Positions 9,265 to 19,506 of a DNA stretch of 64,000 nucleotides are shown here, piece by piece. Position 1 is the first letter of the stretch; every line of letters begins with the position of its first letter. The position numbers and the translations under genes were made by a program. The notes under the pieces were generated by a model that was not told the DNA's origin, searched no databases, and saw only the letters and a list, made by a program, of their open reading frames with translations. The DNA lies in the NCBI GenBank assembly GCA_963825605.1, contig CAWGTY010000014.1, forward strand, positions 117,924-181,923. The letters are read 5' to 3'. This DNA is from an uncultured Acidimicrobiaceae bacterium. GTDB taxonomy: Bacteria > Actinomycetota > Acidimicrobiia > Acidimicrobiales > Ilumatobacteraceae.

Positions 9265-9804
9265 TCCGCGGCCGTGAACTCGGGTACCGGGCGCGCCTCG
9301 GCCTCGGCCTGCGTGGTCGTTTTTGCCGTTGTCGGAGATGTCGTCGGTCAACCAGTCCATCTCCTCGATCTCGCGCTCCTGCGCCGCGATGATCTCTTCG
9401 GCCAGTTCGCGGATGCGCACGTCGACGATCGCGGCCCTCGAGCTCGTCAGGATCGCGAACCGATGATGCGGAGTCATCGCCCGCATGTACGCCTGATCCA
9501 GGACCGTCGTCTGACTGCGCACCAACCACGTCGCGAGCGAGAACACCACGACGCTGCCAGCAACGATCGCCATGTTCACGACTCGGCTCTCACACATGTC
9601 GTGCATGAAACCCGACATGATCACCGCCATCGCCGCGCCCACCGCGAACTTCACGTAGACGCGGGTCCCCGACGGCCGCACATCACCGGGCCGGTACGTG
9701 TCCGCATACGTGAGCGCGAACATTGCCGTCATCGCGGTCGCGATCATCGCCGCGAACCGCCGGTACCTGGCGGAACCCCTTCGATCGGAGCGTTCCGAAG
9801 CCAC
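9252..9804 (-). pseudogene. DUF305 (CopM-like) membrane protein, degenerate with a frameshift near the C-terminus
   Basis: WLVRSQTTV…YMRAMTPHHRFAILTS…IIAAQEREIEEM matches DUF305. Removing one A from the 5-A run (~9320-9324) restores the tail TTTQAEAEARPVPEFTAADYDG-stop at 9252. Confidence 0.7.
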
Positions 9805-9949
9805 GCACCTGCACCACGAGTTCCTCCCGCAATGCCCACGTCAGAGGCGCTCGAACGGGCCGGCACGTCGCGACACCATCCGATGGCACGCCTCGTTCAG
9901 AGTCCTCCCTGGGATCGCTGCCAGTCGCGCCGCTCGAACTGCAGGGCAT

Positions 9950-10999
9950 TCAATGGTCATGACGGTGATGGAGGTCCGGTACATGAGGGTGCGCGTGGAC
10001 CAGCGGACGATGCTCGTGCACGTGGGCATGACGGCCGGTGAACCCGTCGTGGTCGTAGTCGTGGTCGTGATCGTGGTCGTGGTCGTGGTGGTCGTCGTCG
10101 TGAACATGCTCGTGCTCATGAACGATGCCACCGTGACGATGCGTGTGCTCGTGCGCGGATCGCAACGACACCGCGATCCCCGCGCCAGCGATCGCAGCCG
10201 CGGCCACCTGAACCGCCGTTGCATCGTCGCCGAGCAACGTCCAGGCGATCGCGGCACCGATGAACGGAGCGGTCGCGAAGATGACCTGGCCTCGGGCAGC
10301 GCCGAGGTCGCGTGCGCCTTTCACCCACAACGTGATCGAAAGCCCATAGCCAGCGGCGCCGATCGCGAGCGCAGCTACGACGTCCGACAGCGTCGTGCTC
10401 GTGCCCCAACCAGACACCATGAGACCGATCGCCAAGTTGGCGCCGCCGGCGATGACCCCTTTGAGCATCACCACGTGCTCGGGCGCGAGTTGCCCGATGC
10501 TGGCGGTCACACCGTTGTCGAAGCCCCAGGCCACACACGCCGCGATCACCAGCAACGCTCCCGCGTCGAAACTCGCTCCCGGCTGCCACGTCAACATCGC
10601 GCCCGCGATGGTGATGAGACCTGCCGCGCTCCACATCCGTGCGCCGAGATGCTCACGGAACACGACCGCCGCGAGCACGACCGTCGCCGCGAGTTCTGCG
10701 TTCAGCAGGATCGACGCGGTGGCCGGATCCGTCCGGGCCAGACCAGCAACGAGAAGCACGGGCCCGACTGCGCCACCCATCACGACCGCTGCGGAGGCAG
10801 GTCGCCACTCAGCGCGTAGAGCATGGGCCGACGGCGGCCGTCGGAGCGTGACCGGAGCCGCGGCAAATGCAGCACCGACATACAACAACCCCGCCAGTGT
10901 GAACGCGGGCAACGACCCGGCCAGTTCCGCCGCGAGCGGCGCCGAGGCACCGAATAGGACCGCGGCAATCAGGCACCGAACCACGCCAGCACGACTCAT
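9950..10999 (-). CDS. EamA/DMT family transporter with long His-rich C-terminal tail
   Basis: GGAGGGG RBS before ATG 10999; two EamA repeats (ASILLNAELAATVVLA…FRE; FATAPFIGA); tail HEHTHRHG…HDDDHHDHDHDHDH…HAHPHVPDLHHRHDH. Confidence 0.88.
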   Translation of the reverse strand: MSRAGVVRCLIAAVLFGASAPLAAELAGSLPAFTLAGLLYVGAAFAAAPVTLRRPPSAHALRAEWRPASAAVVMGGAVGPVLLVAGLARTDPATASILLNAELAATVVLAAVVFREHLGARMWSAAGLITIAGAMLTWQPGASFDAGALLVIAACVAWGFDNGVTASIGQLAPEHVVMLKGVIAGGANLAIGLMVSGWGTSTTLSDVVAALAIGAAGYGLSITLWVKGARDLGAARGQVIFATAPFIGAAIAWTLLGDDATAVQVAAAAIAGAGIAVSLRSAHEHTHRHGGIVHEHEHVHDDDHHDHDHDHDHDYDHDGFTGRHAHVHEHRPLVHAHPHVPDLHHRHDH

Positions 11000-11316
11000 A
11001 CCCCTCCAGTCTTGCCGGTCACCAGCGGAACCGGGCCCCTTCGTTCGTTCTGGCTCATGTCCTCCGACTTGCTCGAGCCCGACTGGTGGGATGGTCCTTC
11101 GTTGAGACAACAGGTCGGGTGTCACCGGCCCGCTCCCTCCGGCTCCCCACGACGACAGCGCTTCCTGTTACGACGCCACGGCAACGAGCCGAGCCTGACT
11201 GCGAAGGCGCCAACCGCCTGGCACGCATGCGTCATCGCGAAGAAGCCCCTGGTGCGCTGAGCAGATCGGCCCGATGGTGGCGGTGCGGTGGAGCGTTCCG
11301 GCTGCTCGACCTACTC

Positions 11317-11644
11317 GTGGCCGTCCGTCCGTCCGACTACGCGAGCGTGCGGCGACTGACGTCGACGAAGCCGCCGATTACCACCTCGGCGAGGCTGGGG
11401 CGGAGATCGCGTTGCGATTCGTCGACGTAGTCGAACGAGCCGTCGACCAGATCAGTCGCTCGCCGCAATCGGGCAGCCTGCGTTTCTCCTACGAGCCGGA
11501 GCTCCCTGCACTGCGAGTCCGTCCGGTGCCTCGTTTCCGTATCTGGTGTTCTACGTCGTCGGCGATGAAGTCGTGGATCTGTGGCGGATCCTCCACGCTC
11601 GACGAGACATCCCGTCGACGATTGCCGACGACATCGCTACCTGA
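11317..11644 (+). pseudogene. RelE/ParE family toxin, frameshifted, no antitoxin recognised
   Basis: VRLRERAATDVDEAADY…FVDVVERAV…SPQSGSLRF in one frame, then FPYLVFYVV…DLWRILHARRDIP in another; missing C near 11537. Confidence 0.7.
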
Positions 11645-11759
11645 CCCGAGCCTCGGATGACCGCCGACGGACCCGCCATCGGCGACGCACGGTTCGGCGC
11701 GCACAATCGCGCTCAATGCTCGGCCCCGGAGTGACCGAGTTCGGCCACGGCTGCGCTCG

Positions 11760-11990
11760 ACGCAGCCTGGATCGTCACGCCGCCCACGTCGTGTCGACGT
11801 TCATCGCCGGAGCAGCCCGCACGAAGTGGCCGACACGATCGACCGGTTCGGGGTCGCTCGCGGCAGCGGCGGCGCCAGTTACGACGCCCTCATCGCGGCC
11901 ACAGCGATGCATCATGGCGCATCATTGCTCACCCGTGACGAACGGGCAGTCGAGGTCTACGAACGACTCGGTGTCGACGTCATGTGGGTG
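11760..11990 (+). pseudogene. VapC/PIN toxin C-terminal relic
   Basis: GGASYDALIAATAMHHGASLLTRDERAVEVYERLGV is a typical actinobacterial VapC C-terminus; no intact N-terminus. Confidence 0.65.
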
Positions 11991-12089
11991 GCGACCTCAG
12001 CGCAGTCGTTCCTCCGATCGCAACCCGTGCTGCGGGGTCGGGCGCTCGGTCTTCCGACACCAACCGTGGAGCCCTCGACCCGGCAGTGA

Positions 12090-12310
12090 TCCGGCGGGCT
12101 GCTGCGAACGCCACAGCGCCTTCTGCCGATCCCGCCCCGCGCCGTCACCCAGAGCTCGTCGATGATGCGATCGGTGGAGACGACCTCGTTGGCGTGGATC
12201 AGCAGCAACGCGAGAAGCGCTCGCTGCTCGAGGACGCCGAGATCGACGATGTCGGAGTCGCGGACGACCTTCAGCGGGCCGAGCGTTCGGTACCTCAACC
12301 CGTCGCCCCC
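12090..12310 (-). pseudogene. N-terminal OmpR-like wHTH fragment of a SARP/BTAD regulator
   Basis: YRTLGPLKV…QRALLALLLIHANEVVSTDRIIDELW then, after a 1-nt shift, GDGAGRDRQKALW; closely parallels the N-terminus of 49761..54893. Confidence 0.7.
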
Positions 12311-12377
12311 CTCATGCTGGTCTGTCCCGGAAGGGGGTTCTGCCGGTGGCCGTCCATCCCGACACTCAGCCACAGGG

Positions 12378-12396
12378 CACTTGCAGCCCACTTGCA
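12378..12396. promoter_or_regulatory. 11-bp-period direct repeat (candidate SARP/BTAD operator)
   Basis: CACTTGCA-gcc-CACTTGCA between the SARP relic and the GH3 gene; 16/18 identical to 56228-56245. Confidence 0.55.
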
Positions 12397-12573
12397 CAAC
12401 GGTTCGCCTCGAGCCAGGGAAAGCGACTGCCAGAACCGCTGGCTCTGCGGCGCTCGGTGTCGACGGCGGCGACGGACTTCGCAGGCCGCACAGATCCGGC
12501 AGGGAGCAGACCACCGGCCGGTCAGGGAAGAGACGCACCGCTACGGCCCTGGGCCACCTGCAAGGATCGGGAG

Positions 12574-14838
12574 ATGCTGGACATCGATCGGACACTGGGT
12601 GAGTTGTCGTTGGAGGAGAAGGCGTCGCTGGTGTCGGGGTCCGACTTCTGGCACACCGTAGCGGTCGAGCGTCTTGGGATCCCGGCGATCATGTGTTCCG
12701 ACGGCCCGCACGGTCTGCGGGCGCAGATGAACGAAGCCGATCACGTCGGTCTCGCCGGCAGCGTTCCCGCAACGTGCTTCCCGACGGCGTCGGCGATCGC
12801 GTCGTCGTGGGACGTCGAGCTCCTCCGAGAGGTCGGATCGGCGATCGGCACCGAGGCCCGCCGATGGAACGTGTCGATCGTGCTCGGCCCCGGCGTGAAC
12901 ATCAAGCGATCGCCGCTGTGCGGCCGCAACTTCGAGTACCTATCGGAAGACCCGTTCCTCGCCGGCGAGCTCGGCGTCGCCATCGTCGACGGCATCCAGG
13001 CCCAGGGAGTCGGTACGTCGGTCAAGCACTACGCGGCGAACAACCAAGAAGACGACCGCCTGCGCGTCAGCGCCGATGTCGACGAACGCACACTCCGCGA
13101 GATCTATCTACCGGCGTTCGAGCAGATCGTGAAGCGAGCGAAGCCCTGGACGGTGATGTGCGCCTACAACAAGGTCAACGGCGTGTATGCCTCGGAGCAC
13201 CACTGGCTGTTGACCGAGGTTCTGCGCGACGAGTGGGGATGGGACGGTGTCGTCGTGTCGGACTGGGGCGCCGTCCACGATCGTGTCGCTGCGCTGCGCG
13301 CCGGGCTGGATTGGGAGATGCCGCCCGACCTTGCGCGCAGCCCGCGGGCGGTCGTGGCTGCCGCGAGGGCCGGTGACCTCGACGCCGACATGCTCGATCG
13401 CAGCGTGCGGCGGATGCTCTCGATGATCGATCGATCGACGGGTGTCCTCGAGACCGAGGACACCTTCGACGAGACGGCGCATCACGCGTTGGCGAGACGG
13501 GCCGCCGCGGAGTCGATCGTGCTGTTGAAGAACGAGGCCGACCTGTTGCCGATCTCGGAGGGCTCGGTCGCGGTGATCGGAGAGTTCGCCCGAACGCCCA
13601 GGTTCCAGGGGGCCGGCAGCTCACAGGTCAACCCGACACGCGTCGACCGCGTGATCGACGAGCTGGAACGGGCGCTCGGTTCGGATCGGGTGAGGTTCTC
13701 AGCGGGGTACACGCTCGGCGACGACGGCCAAGCGGACGCACGGCTCCGCGAGGAGGCCGTGACCGTTGCCGCGCCGGCCGACACCGTCGTCTGTGTGCTC
13801 GGCCTGCCGGGTTCGTACGAGTCAGAGGGCTTCGACCGGACGCACATGGAGTTGCCCGACGACCAGCTTGTCCTTCTCGAAGCGGTCGTCGCCGCGAACC
13901 CCAACGTGGTGGTGGTGCTGGTCAACGGTTCGACCGTGCGCAGTTCGGACTGGGAGCACATCGTGCCTGCGATCGTCGAGGCGTGGCTCGGCGGCCAGGC
14001 CGCCGGCGGCGGGATCGCCGACGTCCTCACGGGCGCCGTCAATCCCTCGGGACGGCTCGCTGAGACGATCCCGCTCAGGCTCTCCGACGTCCCGTCATCG
14101 CTCAACTTCCCCGGCGACTCGGGCCGTGTCCGATACGGCGAAGGACTGTTCGTCGGCTACCGAGCCCACGACCGGCTCGGCCAGGCCGTGAGCTACCCGT
14201 TCGGCCACGGCCTCTCCTACACGACCTTCGAGTACGACGATGCCACCGTCGACCGGTCGGGCACCGCCGGCGACGGCGACCTGTCGATCACCGTCCGGGT
14301 GCCCGTGTCGAACACCGGTCACCGCGCCGGCGCGGAGGTGGTCCAGGTCTATGTCCGCGATCTCGACTGCTCCGTCGTCCGCCCACCCAGGGAACTGAAA
14401 GGCTTCGCGAAGGTGTGGCTCGAGCCCGGCGAGACCAGCACAGCAACAGTGGTACTCGACCAGCGGGCGTTCTCGTTCTGGTCCGAGCGACTCGAACGAT
14501 GGGTCGTCGAGGCCGGAGACTTCGCCATCGACGTCGGATCCAGCTCCCGCGACATCCGCACCACGGTCACCGTCTCCGTGGATGCTCCGTCGATCGCCCC
14601 GCCCCTCACCGCGATGTCGACGCTGCACGATTGGCTCGCCGACCCACACGGCTCCGCCTCGCTGCGGGCGATTACCGGCCTCGCCCCTCTGCTCGGCCAG
14701 GACGATCTCATCAGCGTCATCGGATCGATGCCGTTGGAAACTCTGGCGTCGTTCCCCGGCATCGGCCTGGACCATCACCAGGTCGCGGAGCTCGCGTCAA
14801 CGACCAACCCGGCTGAACCAGGTTCCCGACCGTCCTGA
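12574..14838 (+). CDS. GH3 beta-glucosidase (BglX-like) with Fn3-like C-terminal domain
   Basis: SDGPHGLR, GRNFEYLSEDP, KHYAANNQE, SDW nucleophile, LLKNE, YGEGLFVGYR, YPFGHGLSYTTF, ELKGFAKV; start set at ATG 12574. Confidence 0.95.
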   Translation: MLDIDRTLGELSLEEKASLVSGSDFWHTVAVERLGIPAIMCSDGPHGLRAQMNEADHVGLAGSVPATCFPTASAIASSWDVELLREVGSAIGTEARRWNVSIVLGPGVNIKRSPLCGRNFEYLSEDPFLAGELGVAIVDGIQAQGVGTSVKHYAANNQEDDRLRVSADVDERTLREIYLPAFEQIVKRAKPWTVMCAYNKVNGVYASEHHWLLTEVLRDEWGWDGVVVSDWGAVHDRVAALRAGLDWEMPPDLARSPRAVVAAARAGDLDADMLDRSVRRMLSMIDRSTGVLETEDTFDETAHHALARRAAAESIVLLKNEADLLPISEGSVAVIGEFARTPRFQGAGSSQVNPTRVDRVIDELERALGSDRVRFSAGYTLGDDGQADARLREEAVTVAAPADTVVCVLGLPGSYESEGFDRTHMELPDDQLVLLEAVVAANPNVVVVLVNGSTVRSSDWEHIVPAIVEAWLGGQAAGGGIADVLTGAVNPSGRLAETIPLRLSDVPSSLNFPGDSGRVRYGEGLFVGYRAHDRLGQAVSYPFGHGLSYTTFEYDDATVDRSGTAGDGDLSITVRVPVSNTGHRAGAEVVQVYVRDLDCSVVRPPRELKGFAKVWLEPGETSTATVVLDQRAFSFWSERLERWVVEAGDFAIDVGSSSRDIRTTVTVSVDAPSIAPPLTAMSTLHDWLADPHGSASLRAITGLAPLLGQDDLISVIGSMPLETLASFPGIGLDHHQVAELASTTNPAEPGSRPS

Positions 14839-14910
14839 AGTCGGCGCGCTCACCTCGGTCGTGCCGAGCCGTGGTTACGCTCGGATCGGGGCCGCGGAGA
14901 GGTGGGCAAC

Positions 14911-15756
14911 ATGATGGACGAACAGGTTTGGCTGATCACCGGGGCGAGCCGTGGCATGGGCGCAGCTCTCGCGTCGGCCGTACTCGCGGCCGGCCACGCG
15001 GTGGTCGCCACTGGCCGTCGGCCCGCAGACGTCGAGGACGCGATCGGCATCTCGGACCGGCTGCTCGTCACAGCGCTCGACGTCACCAGCGCGGATCATG
15101 CCGAGGCTGCGGTCGGCGCTGCGGTCGATCGGTTCGGCCGAATCGATGTGCTCGTCAACAACGCCGGGGCTTCGTTCAAGGGCTACTTCGAGGAGATGTC
15201 ACCGGCCCAGGTCGAACAGCAGTTGGCCGTCAACCTGCTGGGTCCGATGAATCTCACCCGTGCGGTGCTGCCGGTGATGCGCCGCCAGCGATCGGGTCAC
15301 GTGATCTCGATCTCGTCGGGAGCGGGTTTGATGGGCTTCGAGTTCTCGTCGGTGTACGCCGCGTCGAAGGCCGGATTGGAGGGCTGGATGGACGCCCTCG
15401 CACAGGAGGTCGAGCCGTTCGGCATCCACACCACGATCGTCAACCCAGGCTTCTTCCGCACCGGTCTTGCGAGCCCAGAATCACTCGTGTGGCCCGACAT
15501 CTCGATCGACGACTACGCAGAACGTAGCGCTGCTCAGCGGGCATGGTGGTCGGCGCAAGACGGCAACCAAACGGGCGATCCGGACAAGCTCGCCGCCGCC
15601 TTGCTGACCATCGCAGACGAAGTTCCCCCACCGCGACGCTTCATCGCCGGCGCCGACGTCATCGCACTGGCTCGACGCAAGGTGCAGCGTCTCGAAGATG
15701 ACATCGAGTCTCACCGCGCACTGTCTGAATCGCTCACCTTCGACCAGCAGCACTGA
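14911..15756 (+). CDS. SDR family NAD(P)-dependent oxidoreductase
   Basis: ITGASRGMG, DVLVNNAG, catalytic YAASK; GGAGAGG RBS. Confidence 0.92.
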   Translation: MMDEQVWLITGASRGMGAALASAVLAAGHAVVATGRRPADVEDAIGISDRLLVTALDVTSADHAEAAVGAAVDRFGRIDVLVNNAGASFKGYFEEMSPAQVEQQLAVNLLGPMNLTRAVLPVMRRQRSGHVISISSGAGLMGFEFSSVYAASKAGLEGWMDALAQEVEPFGIHTTIVNPGFFRTGLASPESLVWPDISIDDYAERSAAQRAWWSAQDGNQTGDPDKLAAALLTIADEVPPPRRFIAGADVIALARRKVQRLEDDIESHRALSESLTFDQQH

Positions 15757-15793
15757 CGTCGGCGCCGCAGCGTGCGCGCGGCGATGCACTGGC

Positions 15794-17447
15794 TCAGGCC
15801 GATGATTCCGCGTCGTCGCCACGAAGCGCGTAGATGCCGTAGGCGAAGCCTTCGGCCACGGCGGAGTCGCCGGTGATCTGGATGCCGCACGCCAGGAGCG
15901 GGGTCGCTCCGGCCAGTTCGGTTGCGGCGAAATCCGCTGGCCGCTGCCGTGGGTTGACGAGGACCAGATGGGTGCTGCCCCGGAGGTACACGAGCGGATA
16001 GCCGGCGTGGAGTGTGCGGGTGCTCGATCGTGTCCTCAGCGCCGGTGTCGACCGGCGGAGGGAGGTGAGCCGTCGGACGAGCTGCAGGGTCGAGTCGGGA
16101 TCACCTTCTTGGGCCGTGACGGTTGGTCGATGTGGGTCGGGATCGATGGGCAGGTACAGCACGGATGAATCCGCTGTCGAGAATCCGGCGTTCGGTCCGT
16201 CATCCCATTGCATCGGGGTCCGGCAGCCCGCTCGGTTGTAGCTGGCGTTGCAGATGGCGCCCTCGACATCGGGCATTCCAGTCAGGTATCGCATGCCGAT
16301 CTCGTCGCCGTAGTAGAGGCACGGTACGGATCCCCAGGTGAACAGAAAGGTCAGGGCGGCGCCGAGCTGTTCTGCGGTTCGCGGTCCGCAGCAGAGCCGG
16401 TTGAAGTCGTGGTCGGCGGTCGACATGATCACCGATCGGGCTGGGTCGTGGCCTCTGACCTGGTTCCACCGATCGATGAAGAGGTGCGGGCTTGCCTGCA
16501 CCTTCGGCGTCGAAGAACGGGTCGCGCTGGTCGTGGAACGGGAGCATGCCAGCGAAATGGTTGTCGAAGAGGCTGGCGTGTTCGGCGTGGATCACGAGGA
16601 AGAAGTCGGCGTGAAAGGCAAGCCGGGCTCCCGTGCGGGGTTCGTGGCCTTCGGGCACGATGACCGCCGACGGGTAGGCATCTTCGAGCCATTCGCGAAT
16701 CTCCCGCCAGACCGCCGTCGAGGCCTCCTGTCCTCGGACCATGTCGCTGTCGTCCTTGACCAACGAGAAGGCCATGTCGATTCGGAATCCGGCGACACCC
16801 CGGTCGAGCCAGAACGCCATGATGTCCTTGAGTGCTTGACGGTTCCGGCGGGGGCCGGGATCGTCGACCGTCGACCGCCACGGTGCGTCCGCCGAAGCAT
16901 CCGTCCAACCGAAATCGAGTGCCGGTTGCTCGTCGTAGAAGTTCTTCAGGTACCAACCCTGACGGGGCCCAGACGATGCCACCCAGGCCGGCGTGCCCGG
17001 TGTGTCGCTGTGCCACTTCGTCGTCGGAGGATCATCGCGCCAGACGTACCGGTCTCCCTCGGGGTCGGGCCCGTCAGCGTGCAGCTCCCGTTGGAACCAC
17101 TCATGTTCGATCGAGGTGTGCCCAGCGACCAGGTCGAGCAGCACCCTGATGCCACGTCGGCCAGCCTCGCTCACGAGTTCGACCATGTCTGCGTTGGTTC
17201 CGTACCTGGAGGCGATCGTGAGGTAGTTCGACACGTCGTAGCCCGCATCCACGAACGGGGAGGCGAAGCACGGATTGAACCAGATGGCGTCGACCCCCAG
17301 CGACGCGATGTAGTCCAGCCGGTCGGCCACGCCGCGCAGGTCACCGACGCCGTCACCATCCGAATCGGCGAAGGACTGCGGGTAGACCTCGTAGAGCACG
17401 GCGTCGGCCAACCAGTCGGCGCCGTCGGCCAGCTCGTTCACTGGCAC
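15794..17447 (-). pseudogene. GH13 alpha-amylase family glycosidase (alpha-glucosidase/TreS-like), split by one frameshift
   Basis: YEVYPQSFADSDGDGVGDL, DAGYDV, DLVAGHTS, GFRIDMA in 16200..17447; DHD and LYYGDEIGM, RTPMQW in 15794..16501; shift at ~16485-16492. Confidence 0.8.
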
Positions 17448-17523
17448 ACGCTACTCAGGCCGCGTTCCTCGCGCTGACGCTGCCGGCGTGCGCACTACGT
17501 CGCAACTCCTGGGATCGGAGCGG

Positions 17524-17650
17524 ACAGTGACGACGGTGACCGGTGCAGCGGGTGACATCGGCCGTGCGGTGGTAGCGCTGATTGCGGCGCGCGGATGGTC
17601 GCTCGCGCTCGCGGATCGTCCTTGCCGCGCAGACGGCCTCGAGGAGACGA
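17524..17650 (+). pseudogene. SDR N-terminal (Rossmann) fragment
   Basis: [28 protein letters not shown]…GLEET, with no catalytic domain following. Confidence 0.5.
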
Positions 17651-17889
17651 ACCGTGACCGCATCGTCACGACTACCTCGCGGCCCAGCCCGTCGACTCGC
17701 GAACGATCAGCTCGACTGGCTGCCGGCGCGACGACGCAGCGCCCGCGTCGACGAGCGTTCGAACCGTCTCGACGGCCATGCGCGGCGCGACGATTCCGCA
17801 CCCGCACGGACAGATCTACGCCTACGATCACATCCCCAGCCGCCCTCGACGACGGCTCGAAGCGGCCCGGTCTCCTGATTCCGAACCCG

Positions 17890-18080
17890 GCGACCGTCGC
17901 GCACGACCAGGTGGAGGCGATGACGATGGGTGACCGGGTCGCTGTGTTGAAGGACGGCTATCTGCAGCAGGTCGACACCCCGCAGAATCTCTACGACCGG
18001 CCCAACAACGTGTTCGTGGCGGCGTTCATCGGTTCGCCGTCGATGAACCTCTACGAATCGACGCTGTCGATCCGCGACAA
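17890..18080 (+). pseudogene. MalK/MsiK sugar ABC ATPase internal fragment
   Basis: [49 protein letters not shown]; Walker A and signature motifs absent. Confidence 0.75.
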
Positions 18081-18180
18081 CTTCTCTACGGCCGAAGGGG
18101 TTCTCTCGTCGATCGAGGTGAGCGGCATGAGACGATTTCCGTCCCGAGAACGGTCGGTCTCGACGAGAACGTGCTGGTGG

Positions 18181-19098
18181 TCACCGGAAGATGTCGAGGG
18201 GGAAGTGCAGTGACACGAGCCAGTTGGGTGCATCCACGACCTCGCTGATCCGCAGGTTTGCCGCAGTGCTGCACAACAGGTATGCGTCGGCCGGTTCGAG
18301 CCCGCGGTTCGCTCCGAGCCATTCGATCATGTAGCGGGTAGCGGTGCGGGCATTCTCGTAGAGGTCGGGGCCGTGAGCAGTCGTGATGTGCACTTCTGAA
18401 TCCGAAAGTGCGGGTCTGCTCCTGCGCCGGGCTTGGAACTCAGCGATTTCGAGGTCGTGGCGCACGGACAACCTGATGGTCGCCGTCATGGGCGATTCCA
18501 CACCGGTCCCGCAGACCTCTCCGTCTCCTTGCGCAGCATGACAGTCGCCGATCGAGAACAGCGCACCGTCGGCGTGGATCGGCAGCCATGCCGTCGAGCC
18601 GCCAACGAGATCTCTCGTGTCGAGGTTGCCACCGTTGGAGCGAGGGGGAAACGTGTCGAGGCGGCCGCTCTCGCGCGGGGCGACACCGATCACGCCGGGA
18701 AACGGTTCGGCGGGTAGTTCGATTCCGTCCGCGAACCTGCAGATCGCACCGTCGAGCTCCCAGTGGTGAAGGTGTGCCGAGTCGAAGTCATCGGCCAACA
18801 ACCCGAAGTGTGGAATGTGGCCACTCCAACCCCAACCCTTGTGTTCCATCTTCAAGATGTCGATCTCGAGGGTGTCGCCCGGGCGTGCACCCTTGACGAA
18901 GATCGCCCCGCTGAGCGCGTGCGCGAGACTCGGATCGGCAGCAGCGAAGTCGTCGTCGGTCCATGTTGGTGTCACCTGGCCGATCGGTTCTGCGCACTCG
19001 ACGACCACCACGTCGCCCGACTCGATCTCCAGTCGGACATCGACCTCGCGATCCCAATACGCATGGGTCACATTGTCGTTGAGGTGGTGTTCTGTCAT
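18181..19098 (-). CDS. acetamidase/formamidase family protein
   Basis: [57 protein letters not shown]. Confidence 0.92.
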   Translation of the reverse strand: MTEHHLNDNVTHAYWDREVDVRLEIESGDVVVVECAEPIGQVTPTWTDDDFAAADPSLAHALSGAIFVKGARPGDTLEIDILKMEHKGWGWSGHIPHFGLLADDFDSAHLHHWELDGAICRFADGIELPAEPFPGVIGVAPRESGRLDTFPPRSNGGNLDTRDLVGGSTAWLPIHADGALFSIGDCHAAQGDGEVCGTGVESPMTATIRLSVRHDLEIAEFQARRRSRPALSDSEVHITTAHGPDLYENARTATRYMIEWLGANRGLEPADAYLLCSTAANLRISEVVDAPNWLVSLHFPLDIFR

Positions 19099-19506
19099 CC
19101 CGGTCCCCGTGATGGTCGTCGCTTGAAGCAGACGTTGTCGATCGCCAGCCTATTCAGGTCGATCGCGGCTGCCCGCCGACACCGGCCAGGAAGTGCCAGT
19201 TCGGCGATCGAGGCGGAAGTTGTCCTACAAGGTCCAGCGAAGGTCGGTTCGGGCTTCTGACTGAGGTGCGGTGCGGCTCGATGTCGTCGGTGGGCCGAAC
19301 CGCCCACCTCGCCGGATCAAACTCGACGGAGACGCTGAGCGCCGGCCATCTCGATTGGCAACCGTCACGAGCCGCGCTCGGTCGGTGGCCGCCGCCCGCG
19401 TAGACCGTCGCCCAGTCCACGTTCGCGGAGCATGCGGCAGAACGCAGCGCCGAGGCCGCGACGGAACGGTGGATTTCCATCCCAGCCGTTTCGGTGACCG
19501 GATTGT

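Noticed and set aside
11000-11300. Metal-sensing riboswitch upstream of the His-tailed EamA
   Set aside because: I could not match NiCo or yybP-ykoY consensus elements by eye; an Infernal/Rfam scan would be needed.
16485-16492. Programmed ribosomal frameshift in the GH13 gene
   Set aside because: No slippery heptamer or downstream structure is evident; a simple indel or sequencing error is more parsimonious.
19099-19506. Guanidine or other riboswitch upstream of the acetamidase
   Set aside because: No recognisable ykkC-type or other conserved motif seen.
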